DNA of 64,000 nt. Origin: Candidatus Gastranaerophilales bacterium. GTDB taxonomy: Bacteria > Cyanobacteriota > Vampirovibrionia > Gastranaerophilales > Gastranaerophilaceae. Under the pieces are notes generated by a model. That model was not told where the DNA came from. It worked only from the letters and a program-made list of their open reading frames with translations, and ran no database searches. A program made the translations under genes and the position numbers. Of this stretch, positions 20,603 through 28,750 are shown piece after piece (the stretch's first letter is position 1; each line of letters starts with the position of its first letter). The stretch covers positions 18,944-82,943 of the forward strand of contig CALVED010000006.1 of NCBI GenBank assembly GCA_944326485.1, written 5' to 3'.

Positions 20603-20679
20603 GGCGGGCATCGCCAAGCGGTTAAGGCCTCGGATTGTGGTTCCGATATACGTGGGTTCGAATCCCACTGTCCGCCCCA
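20603..20679 (+). tRNA. tRNA-His (anticodon GTG), encoded G-1 and CCA
   Basis: Manual fold. G-1 pairs with C73. Acceptor GCGGGCA/TGTCCGC. Anticodon stem TCGGA/TCCGA with loop TTGTGGT. T arm GTGGG-TTCGAAT-CCCAC. 3' CCA present. Confidence 0.9.
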
Positions 20680-20688
20680 TTTTAAGAT

Positions 20689-20715
20689 AAGGTTCACATA
20701 TAGTGAACCTTTTTT
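20689..20715 (+). terminator. intrinsic terminator after tRNA-His
   Basis: Stem GGTTCAC / GTGAACC followed by T6. Confidence 0.8.
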
Positions 20716-20724
20716 ATAGTTTGT

Positions 20725-20938
20725 GGATAGATGAGAACCCGCATTATATCTATTTTTAATTTTAAATTTGCAGCTATATATGTAGTTTCGTAATTTTGTT
20801 TATTGAAACGGTATCAAAGCTTTATCTGTTTGAGGACGAAGTCCGAGTTATAAAGCTTTTGGTTTGAAATTAACAAAATAGAAACGGAATATCAAGCTGC
20901 TAGCCTTTTGGTACTTTTCTGTAATGAGAAAAGTACAA
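20725..20938 (+). repeat. family-2 repeat, long copy downstream of tRNA-His
   Basis: 5' GATAGATGAGAACCC and 3' ATATCAAGCTGCTAGCCTTTTGGTACTTTTCTGTAATGAGAAAAGTACAA match 28266.. and 28447..28496. The interior holds a long imperfect hairpin (20785..20885). Confidence 0.7.
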
Positions 20939-20973
20939 TTATTAATAAATCAATTTATTTTTATATTTTATTA

Positions 20974-21855
20974 TTAAATTATATCTTTTAGTTTCTGACA
21001 GGTTTTATAAAGCTGGTTTTGATAATTTTGAACTTCTCTATATGAAATACAATAATCTTCTGAAATTTTTTCTGGGGTTAATTTCTGTATAAATAATTTA
21101 TAATTTTCTTGTGTTAATTCAATATAATTTGGTGAACTATTAGAAAATATAGAGTAATAATCATCAAACTTAAAATCGACATTAAAATCAAAACCATGAT
21201 TAGACAATTTTATTCTTTTATTTGGAATATTTAAACTATCTGCAGCCACTAAACCATGCAAGCTTGATGAAATAACTGTCTCACATTCTGCTATTCTTTT
21301 TAAAGTTTCAAGTGGAGGCATTCTTAAATCTATTAAAGTAGAATCCTGAAATTTATATAATAATAAGTCTATTATTGGATTACAATAATCAAATTTATGT
21401 GGAATTATACCAAGTTGGTATTTTTTTTGTATTTTTTTTTCTAACAAATATGGAAATAGAAGACCCAAATCCCCGTATAAAACATCTTTGTATTTTCGTT
21501 TGTTTCTTTTTTCTAAAGATTTATGTGAAAGAATACCTCTTAAAATAAGAGGATAAATGTTTCTAAATGTTTTATCTAAAAAACTACTTTCTTCAATATC
21601 ATAACTAAAACCTGTTCCCATTGTTATAATTGGGTTTGGATTATATTTTAAGAAATATAGAAATTTTTTATGCTTAATTATATTTCTAGGAGTTAACATC
21701 TGCATAAGAGAACCTATTGCAACAACATCACTGTTTGTTGGGTATCCTCTTTTTACTTTTATGTCTAATATGCGGTCAAAGAAAATAGGGTTGATTGAAT
21801 CTCCAAAATTAATTCCACGTGTACCTACATAGTATAATGTTAAACTCTTTTTCAT
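20974..21855 (-). CDS. polysaccharide pyruvyl transferase family protein
   Basis: 293-aa ORF. N-terminal GINFGDSINP and C-terminal SSSLHGLVAADSLNIP resemble the PS_pyruv_trans family pattern. Confidence 0.55.
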   Translation of the reverse strand: MKKSLTLYYVGTRGINFGDSINPIFFDRILDIKVKRGYPTNSDVVAIGSLMQMLTPRNIIKHKKFLYFLKYNPNPIITMGTGFSYDIEESSFLDKTFRNIYPLILRGILSHKSLEKRNKRKYKDVLYGDLGLLFPYLLEKKIQKKYQLGIIPHKFDYCNPIIDLLLYKFQDSTLIDLRMPPLETLKRIAECETVISSSLHGLVAADSLNIPNKRIKLSNHGFDFNVDFKFDDYYSIFSNSSPNYIELTQENYKLFIQKLTPEKISEDYCISYREVQNYQNQLYKTCQKLKDII

Positions 21856-22018
21856 AAATGTATCCTTATATGACGCAAAACATATAATAAAACTTAAAAA
21901 ATATACATATTGCTATCATGATTATAAGTAAAACGCATAAAAAGTCAATAATATGAAATGCTAGACTACATTCTTTATTTTTCCGTTATTCGATAATATA
22001 ACGTTGGGAGAAAAAGTT

Positions 22019-22339
22019 ATGGCATCGGGTAATAAATTATTTGGTAAAAGAATAAGAGAGCTCAGAGAGAAAAATAATTTAACACAAGAAAAACTTGCTG
22101 AAATATTAGATTTAGATTACCAAACAATCAGCCGTATTGAAACAGGATATTATTTTACAAGTTACGAGAATTTAGAAAAATTTGCAAAAGCTTTTAATGT
22201 TGAGATAAAAGCGCTATTTGAAACAAAACACCTCGAAGAAGAACTTGATTTTGAAAAAGAAATTATAAATATGTTAAAGAGAGCAACAAAAGAAGAAAAG
22301 AAGCTTATTTATAAAATAGTAAACGATATTATTAATTAA
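22019..22339 (+). CDS. XRE-family helix-turn-helix transcriptional regulator
   Basis: GKRIRELREKNNLTQEKLAEILDLDYQTISRIETG is a classic HTH_3 signature. I chose the ATG at 22019 after GGGAGAAAAAG over the TTG at 22004. Confidence 0.85.
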   Translation: MASGNKLFGKRIRELREKNNLTQEKLAEILDLDYQTISRIETGYYFTSYENLEKFAKAFNVEIKALFETKHLEEELDFEKEIINMLKRATKEEKKLIYKIVNDIIN

Positions 22340-22520
22340 AGATTTTTTATTTTAAGTTTGTCAGATACAAATTCATTATTGTAATTTTAATAGAGACTTT
22401 TTAAAAAGACAGAACTTTCTGTCTGAAAAGTTCTTATATTTGTATATAAAATTTTTAGTTTGAATGTATTTTTGTCAATTTTTAGTTTGTATTTTTTTTA
22501 ATATAAATAAAGGTAGTTCA

Positions 22521-23777
22521 ATGAATATAAATCTGAACAGTATAAATAATACAACAGGTATTTGGAATTGGCAGAAAGCAGTTATGCCAAGGACAAGTTT
22601 TATACAAGATACAGTGTCTTTTAGTGCTAATAAGTATCCAAATTCTAAAATTTCAGAATTAAAAAATCAAACTGCTAGAGACTTCTTTTCAGAACTTTAC
22701 AAAAAATCGCCGGAAAAATGTGATATATTACTGAACAATGAAGAAATAAGAGATTGTTGTAATAGTAATTGTCAACTTTTTTTTGATGATTACCAAAGTT
22801 TACATTCAGATGCAATAGATGTAATAAGAAGCAGTATAGATAAATTAGATGAAAAAGAAATTGAATATGTAATTTTATCATTAAGAGAAAGACTATCAGC
22901 AAATGGTGAAAATTTATTTAACGGAATGGTTTTATATTCTAATGATAAAGATGCTTATGAATATATTATAAATTCTCCAAAGCATATAGACCCTTATGTT
23001 TATTCAAGCGGTTATTCAAGAGATTTGTGTAAATACATATGCGGATTATCACCTGATATAGTTAGTGGTTTATCATATAGTACTATTAAAGAAATAGAAA
23101 AAGGCAACATTCAAGATTTTAATTATTCTGCTTATACATCAGACAGTGATGCTTTTTTATCTAAGCCTGATGAAGTTGAAAAAATGAGTAATTTTTTGAA
23201 GGAAAATAAGTGTGAAAATGATTTTACTGTATATAGAGGTGAAAAAAGTACCTGGATGTTTGATTCTGTTCCATTAGATGATAAGTCTTTAGAACGGGAA
23301 ATCAGGTTAATGGTTATGTTAAATCCTAAATCCAGAAAAATACAGGTTTTTCCAAATAATCATAAATATGCAAATTTTTCTACGCAGAGTATGTATGATT
23401 ATTTTAAAGGAAAAGAATCTTTAACACTTGCAGATGCTATGCTTGTTGCACAATTTGGAAGTTCGAGATATATAAACAAAATTTTAAATAGAATAAACAG
23501 TGCAAAAATAGAAGATAGCAGCTTTAAATCTTATACATTAGACAAAAATTTTGCAGAATATTGGGCAAAAAGCAAAGCCGGTGAATGCAGGGAAGATATG
23601 GTTTCAATGCTTTCTAAAGCAACTATTTGCAAAGGCAATGAAGTAGGATATGCTACAAGAAGCAGTCAATATGAATTTATTCTTAATAATAATCCAAAAC
23701 AATTAACTTTCAGTAATGCATCTTATGATAAAGAAACTAATATGTTTTATTTTGAAACTCAGGTAAGAGTCATATAG
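22521..23777 (+). CDS. hypothetical protein; C-terminal half has ADP-ribosyltransferase-like motif spacing (speculative)
   Basis: The ORF is open from 22464; the ATG at 22521 is the likely start. Motifs: FTVYRGE (R258 in ORF numbering), NFSTQS (306-309) or FKSYT (354-358), and SQYEFIL (Q402-x-E404). No signal peptide. Confidence 0.5.
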   Translation: MNINLNSINNTTGIWNWQKAVMPRTSFIQDTVSFSANKYPNSKISELKNQTARDFFSELYKKSPEKCDILLNNEEIRDCCNSNCQLFFDDYQSLHSDAIDVIRSSIDKLDEKEIEYVILSLRERLSANGENLFNGMVLYSNDKDAYEYIINSPKHIDPYVYSSGYSRDLCKYICGLSPDIVSGLSYSTIKEIEKGNIQDFNYSAYTSDSDAFLSKPDEVEKMSNFLKENKCENDFTVYRGEKSTWMFDSVPLDDKSLEREIRLMVMLNPKSRKIQVFPNNHKYANFSTQSMYDYFKGKESLTLADAMLVAQFGSSRYINKILNRINSAKIEDSSFKSYTLDKNFAEYWAKSKAGECREDMVSMLSKATICKGNEVGYATRSSQYEFILNNNPKQLTFSNASYDKETNMFYFETQVRVI

Positions 23778-23904
23778 TTTACGTTATTATGTAAGTATAT
23801 AATTTTACATACAAAAATTACATTATATAGTAAGTATGTAAAATAATTCTAATCTTTTTATAAATTTGTATATAATATTTTTATGCAGGTTTAGCAGGTA
23901 TGAA

Positions 23905-24984
23905 ATGACTAAAGTATTTAATAATAAGATTAATTTATTAAAAGCATTGGCTATTTTAATTGTGGTTTCTGGGCATTTAGAGTTTTCTTTAATACCAATG
24001 TTTCCTCCGTATTCTTTTCAGATAGTATTATTCTTTTTTATAGCCGGAATGCTTTTTAATGAGAAGTATTCTTTTGCTGAGTATATAAATAAGAGGATAA
24101 AAAGCTTATTAATTCCATATTTTGTATATGAATGTGTGTATATAGTTATTACTATATTAATGGTGCCAGTAGTTGGTAAATTTTGGGGAATGCCTGTAAG
24201 TATTAAAAATGAAATTTTAATGCCGTTTATAACAGGACATCAATTAGATTTAATAGCACCTTTATGGTTTGTTCCGCAGCTTTTTATAAGTTTAATATTA
24301 TATTATGTCTTAAATAAATTTTTTAATAGAATACGTTTCCCTTATTTGGTAAGGTTTATATTTTTTGTAATTTTAGCGTTAATGGCAATTCAGTTAGGAA
24401 GATTTGCAGATAATATATATATACTGCCTGTAATAAGGACTTTATTTTCATTTTTGTTTATTTTTGCAGGGGTTTATTATAAAGCAGAGGTAGAGAATAA
24501 AAAGAATATATTTACTCCTTTAGTTTTTGGATTTGTAATTTTTCTTCAAGCGATATTATGGCTTACCAATATGGATTATACCCCTATAGACGGCATAGGA
24601 TTAAGTTATATTCTTATATGGGGTGAGTTTGATAATTGGATTGTTCCTATATTAACAAGTTTTACAGGAATTTGGATTAGTTTATTTATTGTTGAAATAT
24701 TTTATAATTATATTAAGGATTGGAGTTTTATAAATAAGGTAGGTCAAAATACTTATCATATAATGGCAAATCATATTTTGATTTTTAATCTTATTACTTA
24801 TTTTATATTTTATATAAAAGGAATTCCTTTTGATGTAAAAAATAATGCTGATGTATATTGGTTCTATAATCCTTTAAAGTTCACATATTTATATTTTGTA
24901 ATTGGAATATTTGTTACTACATATATAGGTGAATTTATAAAGTTTGTAAAAAGAATATATGAGAAAAAATTTTCGAGGAACTGA
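23905..24984 (+). CDS. acyltransferase family 3 (membrane O-acyltransferase)
   Basis: About 10 TM segments. N-terminal LLKALAILIVVSGHL is typical of Acyl_transf_3. I preferred the ATG at 23905 over the TTG at 23866. Confidence 0.7.
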   Translation: MTKVFNNKINLLKALAILIVVSGHLEFSLIPMFPPYSFQIVLFFFIAGMLFNEKYSFAEYINKRIKSLLIPYFVYECVYIVITILMVPVVGKFWGMPVSIKNEILMPFITGHQLDLIAPLWFVPQLFISLILYYVLNKFFNRIRFPYLVRFIFFVILALMAIQLGRFADNIYILPVIRTLFSFLFIFAGVYYKAEVENKKNIFTPLVFGFVIFLQAILWLTNMDYTPIDGIGLSYILIWGEFDNWIVPILTSFTGIWISLFIVEIFYNYIKDWSFINKVGQNTYHIMANHILIFNLITYFIFYIKGIPFDVKNNADVYWFYNPLKFTYLYFVIGIFVTTYIGEFIKFVKRIYEKKFSRN

Positions 24985-25024
24985 ATAAAAGGGAGAATTT
25001 ATAGAAAGTTGGTTCATAGAGAAA

Positions 25025-25915
25025 TCAGAAATATCTTTTTAACCCTAAAGAAAGAATAATCCCATTTCTTCCTCCGTTTCTTACTGTTGATTGAATAAAA
25101 CCTGTAAAATTTTCTCCTACAGATTTTTGTATACCAATACCATATTGGACATAAGGTTTTAAACTTATCTCTCCAACACTAACATCATTAGGTGAAAATT
25201 TTGAAGCGTTTATTATATTCCATACTTGTTGTACCCCGATATAAGGTTGCCAGCCGTCCTCAAGATTAGCGGTTAACTTAAGTCCGGGGACTAATTGAAT
25301 TGAATATACAGGATCAGATTTTACAACAACATTTTGAGCATTAACGTAATCAAAGGTATTGACCCATAAATATGCGCCTAAGAAACTTGGTTGAAAAGAG
25401 AGTTTTTTCTCTAAAAATTCGAAGTTATAACCAGTTTTAAGTGCAGCGGTAGCGCTAATCATAGAAAAGTTCAGGTTTTCGAAAGAGCTTTTTGCAATGG
25501 CATTATTAGCTCCTACATTAGTTAAAACTCCAAGGAAGAAATTATCTTTGAAAAAAACACCTGAGACTCCTAGTTGTCCGCCGTTCTGAAAAATTGTTCT
25601 TGCATTATATTTTTGTCTGGAGCCTGTATATCCGGCATGGAATGTTAATACAGCATCCCAATTTTTATTTAAGTCAATAACATTAGTATCATAGCCGATA
25701 TATGTTCCATAGGCAGTATTATGGACTGTATTTGAATTTTCAAGTTCTATTGTTTCAAAGGCACTATATGGTTTTACCCAAATGCTTTCTGTTTTAGATG
25801 AGCGTTGTTCCGGTGAGAATGTTGATACAGATGCATTTGGAACAGTTACTGCTTCAGTTCTCATTGGAAATAAAAAAGATAATGTAATTATTAGCAGACA
25901 TAATTTTTTTAGCAC
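25025..25915 (-). CDS. outer-membrane beta-barrel protein (autotransporter-beta/OMP-like)
   Basis: Signal peptide MLKKLCLLIITLSFLFPMRTEA. Alternating beta-strand pattern. C-terminal aromatic residue (..LGLKRYF). Confidence 0.65.
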   Translation of the reverse strand: MLKKLCLLIITLSFLFPMRTEAVTVPNASVSTFSPEQRSSKTESIWVKPYSAFETIELENSNTVHNTAYGTYIGYDTNVIDLNKNWDAVLTFHAGYTGSRQKYNARTIFQNGGQLGVSGVFFKDNFFLGVLTNVGANNAIAKSSFENLNFSMISATAALKTGYNFEFLEKKLSFQPSFLGAYLWVNTFDYVNAQNVVVKSDPVYSIQLVPGLKLTANLEDGWQPYIGVQQVWNIINASKFSPNDVSVGEISLKPYVQYGIGIQKSVGENFTGFIQSTVRNGGRNGIILSLGLKRYF

Positions 25916-26069
25916 AAATTCAACCTTTTGGTAGAATTTATCATCAAATTATAAAAAATACCTCCCTCTTAAGAATATATATTTTAAGAAAACTATAATG
26001 ATACAAATTAAGAATAGCAATTTTAAGGTGAAAATCTTTTTTATAAAATAAAGAGAGATTAAATAATAA

Positions 26070-27014
26070 ATGTGTACAAATAATGTATATCAAAAAAATT
26101 GTATTTATAATGATTTATCATCTTTAGGTATTAATTTATATTCGAATTGGAATATAGCTAAGTTACCTATAGATAAGTCCTCTATAAACGATGATGAAAA
26201 TAATAGTATAATAGATAATTATAATAATCCAGTATCAGATGATTTTAATGTTGTTGCACATCGTGGATACAGTGAAATTGCACCAGAAAATACTATACCT
26301 GCATTTATAGCCGCAGCCGAGAATGGTTTTACATCTGTAGAATGTGATATTGAATGGACAAAAGATAATGTACCTGTTATATTGCATGATTCAACAATAA
26401 ATAGAACAGCCAGAAAGAAAAATGGCTGGATCTTTTTCTTTAAACATAAATGCTCGGATTATACTTTTGATGAACTTTTAGAATTTGATTTTGGCAGATG
26501 GAAGGGAAAGGAATTTAAAGGTACTAAAATACCTTCATTTACTCAGCTTCTAGATTGTTGCGATGAATATAATTTAAATTTATATGTAGAAATAAAGGAA
26601 ACTGATAATTTTGATAAAGAAAAAGCGCAAATATTAGCAGAGGAGGTTAGAAAGGCCAGACTTGAGGATAAAGTTACTTGGATTAGTTTTAATGCGGATT
26701 ACTTAAAAATGATGAGCAAGATTATGCCTGATTCAAGGCTTGGTTATTTGAGTAAAGAAACACCAAATGAAGATACAATTGAAATATTAGATGAATTGAA
26801 AACGAGAAGAAATGAGGTTTTTCTTGATGTAAAGGCTTCTAAAATGACAGAAAAAGCCAGTGATAAATTAGACGATGCAGGATATGATTTTGAAGCTTGG
26901 ACTGTAGATAATAGTGATGTTCTAGAACAAATGTATGATTATGATTGTACCGGAATAACAACCAATTCTTTAACTGAAGATACAGTTGAAAGAATAATTG
27001 ATCTTTCTGATTAG
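26070..27014 (+). CDS. glycerophosphodiester phosphodiesterase family protein
   Basis: VVAHRGYSEIAPENTIPAF and ECDIEWTKDNVPVILHD are GDPD catalytic motifs. Confidence 0.8.
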   Translation: MCTNNVYQKNCIYNDLSSLGINLYSNWNIAKLPIDKSSINDDENNSIIDNYNNPVSDDFNVVAHRGYSEIAPENTIPAFIAAAENGFTSVECDIEWTKDNVPVILHDSTINRTARKKNGWIFFFKHKCSDYTFDELLEFDFGRWKGKEFKGTKIPSFTQLLDCCDEYNLNLYVEIKETDNFDKEKAQILAEEVRKARLEDKVTWISFNADYLKMMSKIMPDSRLGYLSKETPNEDTIEILDELKTRRNEVFLDVKASKMTEKASDKLDDAGYDFEAWTVDNSDVLEQMYDYDCTGITTNSLTEDTVERIIDLSD

Positions 27015-27150
27015 CAAGATTATGTAAATTTATTTTAATTTTATAGCGTATTTTAAATTAACTTACAACAAGATGTAAATATAAGTAATTATTATAATAA
27101 GAGTTGTTTTTACATAGCTATTCTTTAAGTTCAATGTTATAATTACTTAA

Positions 27151-27201
27151 GTCTTTGTTTTCGAGGATGACTCGGTAACAAAGAGCGATACTAAATTAAA
27201 T
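27151..27201 (+). repeat. family-1 repeat, 3' (module C) stub (copy 6)
   Basis: GTCTTTGTTTTCGAGGATGACTCGGTAACAAAGAGCGATACTAAATTAAAT. Confidence 0.8.
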
Positions 27202-27213
27202 GGATAAAATAAT

Positions 27214-28113
27214 ATGGAAATAAATAAAGAAAAGAAATTTGCAGCAAGTCTTTCTATTACATCAAATGCTTTAATAATATTGTTTAAGATTATAGCAGGG
27301 ATAGTTTCCGGCAGTATAAGTATAATATCAGAGGCAATACATTCGTTTTCTGATTTTTTAGCTTCTGTAGTAACATTTTTTGCAGTTTCCAGATCAAGTG
27401 AGCCTGCGGATAAAGATCATCCATTTGGTCATGGAAAATATGAAGATATGTCCGGGTTTATAGAGGGTGGACTTATTATTCTTGCGGGATTATACATAAT
27501 ATTTGAGGCAGCTAAAAAATTAATTACAGGATATAATCTTGAGTTTGAATCAACACTTGGTATATATGTAATGGCATTTGCAGTTGTTGCTAATTTTGTT
27601 GTCAGCAGCTATTTATTTTATGTGGCTAAAAAAGCGGATTCTATTTCTTTATATGCTGATGCGGAGCATTTAAGGACTGATATTTTTTCTTCATTAGGTG
27701 TATTAGTTGGATTGGTAATAATTAAAATAACAGGTTATGTAATTATAGACCCTGTAATAGCAATAATTGTTGCAGCAATTATTATTAAAGCAGGTTATTC
27801 TATATCAAAAGATACTTTAAACAATTTATTGGATGGTGCTTTACCCGAAGAAGACATGAAGAAAATCGAATCAATATTAGATAATAATATATCAATAAAA
27901 GGATATAAAGATTTAAAAACAAGAAAAGTTGGACAATGTAAGGATATTGAAATAACTATTTTCTTCGAACCAGAGCTAACTATAGCACAGTGTCATAAAA
28001 TTTGCGATGAAATAGAAGCTGAATTTGCAAAAAGCTTTTCTAATATGACAATCATTATTCATCCTGAACCTGAGAATTTAGAAAAAAAAAATAAAATCAC
28101 TTTAAGTTGTTAA
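27214..28113 (+). CDS. cation diffusion facilitator (CDF) family transporter
   Basis: Six TM segments. HSFSDFLAS (TM2) and AEHLRTDIFSS (TM5) metal-site motifs. C-terminal cytoplasmic domain. Confidence 0.85.
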   Translation: MEINKEKKFAASLSITSNALIILFKIIAGIVSGSISIISEAIHSFSDFLASVVTFFAVSRSSEPADKDHPFGHGKYEDMSGFIEGGLIILAGLYIIFEAAKKLITGYNLEFESTLGIYVMAFAVVANFVVSSYLFYVAKKADSISLYADAEHLRTDIFSSLGVLVGLVIIKITGYVIIDPVIAIIVAAIIIKAGYSISKDTLNNLLDGALPEEDMKKIESILDNNISIKGYKDLKTRKVGQCKDIEITIFFEPELTIAQCHKICDEIEAEFAKSFSNMTIIIHPEPENLEKKNKITLSC

Positions 28114-28147
28114 AAGGAGTAATAGGTAATATAATTTAAAGAAAAGA

Positions 28148-28234
28148 GGAGAGATGTCCGAGCGGTTTAAGGTGCAAATCTCGAAAATTTGTGCAGGGGC
28201 AACCTTGCCGAGGGTTCGAATCCCTCTCTCTCCG
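28148..28234 (+). tRNA. tRNA-Ser (anticodon CGA), class II long variable arm, no encoded CCA
   Basis: Manual fold. Acceptor GGAGAGA/TCTCTCC, discriminator G. Anticodon stem CAAAT/ATTTG with loop CTCGAAA. Variable arm TGCAGGGGCAACCTTGCC. T arm GAGGG-TTCGAAT-CCCTC. Confidence 0.9.
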
Positions 28235-28265
28235 ATTTTGTTATATTTTTTAGTATTTTGATTAA

Positions 28266-28496
28266 GGGATGAGAACCCTCACAAAACGAAGTTTTGTTTT
28301 AGGTTCGAGCGCGAGAGAGCAGAGGCTGAAATGGCGGAGGCGATGAGCCTTCGACATGAGAGCCGTTTAATGCGAACGAGCAAGAGAATCCCTCTCTCCG
28401 TTTTTATGGGGTTTATATATTTTTAAAGTTGGGATGAGAAACAATAATATCAGCTGCCAGCCTTTGGGTATTTTTCTGCAATAAGAAAGGTACAAG
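28266..28496 (+). repeat. family-2 repeat region downstream of tRNA-Ser (two GGGATGAGAA heads, one shared 3' module)
   Basis: GGGATGAGAACCC at 28266 and GGGATGAGAA at 28431. The 3' module ATATCAGCTGCCAGCCTTTGGGTATTTTTCTGCAATAAGAAAGGTACAAG (28447..28496) matches 20889..20938. Confidence 0.65.
28386..28400 (+). repeat. direct duplicate of the tRNA-Ser 3' end
   Basis: GAATCCCTCTCTCCG followed by TTTTT, compared with GAATCCCTCTCTCTCCG followed by ATTTT at 28218..28234. Confidence 0.6.
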
Positions 28497-28555
28497 TATA
28501 AAAAGTGTTCTAATTCTTTAACATAATATAATTTTAATGCTATTATGCTTAATAT

Positions 28556-28748
28556 ATCCGAGAAAAAATTCACGATAAGCTGAAAGTGTGAGTGAATTTT
28601 TTTACAAAACGAACCAAAAACTTTGTTTTTGAGAGAGTTTGTATCCGTAGTGAAACGAAGGTGAGTGGCGTTTTTAAAAGGTGAATACTTTGTTAGTGAG
28701 GATGACTCGGTAACAAAGTGCGATACTAGATTAAATATTAGATTAAAT
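28556..28748 (+). repeat. family-1 repeat, full copy with duplicated 3' terminus (copy 7)
   Basis: Near-consensus A-B-C copy. The terminal TAGATTAAAT occurs twice (28727..28736 and 28739..28748). Confidence 0.92.
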
Positions 28749-28750
28749 CA

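Noticed and set aside
28300-28400. Possible second (class II) tRNA or pseudo-tRNA: GAGAGAG...CTCTCTC could form an acceptor stem, and there is an AGGCT/AGCCT hairpin.
   Set aside because: I could not fold a credible D arm, anticodon arm or T loop. The T-loop region reads AAGAGAATC rather than TTCGAAT. Retained only as a tRNA-3'-end duplicate.
28367-28573. 68-aa minus-strand ORF between tRNA-Ser and repeat copy 7.
   Set aside because: It spans the tRNA-end duplicate, the family-2 tail and the start of a family-1 copy. It is composed of repeat sequence and has no RBS.
28670-28690. The repeated AAGGTGAGT motifs inside the family-1 element match the eukaryotic 5' splice-site consensus.
   Set aside because: The gene organisation is clearly bacterial (SD sequences, operons, intrinsic terminators). 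I treat the resemblance as coincidental.
28556-28748. Classifying family-1 as a classical MITE, or as the ends of an IS element.
   Set aside because: No terminal inverted repeats: the 5' end is GTCCGAG.. and the 3' end is ..AGATTAAAT. No consistent target-site duplication: the 5' flanks are merely A/T-rich, sometimes TTAATATA or TTAAATTA. No transposase was seen in the window. The duplicated TAGATTAAAT at 28727..28748 is seen at this single copy only.
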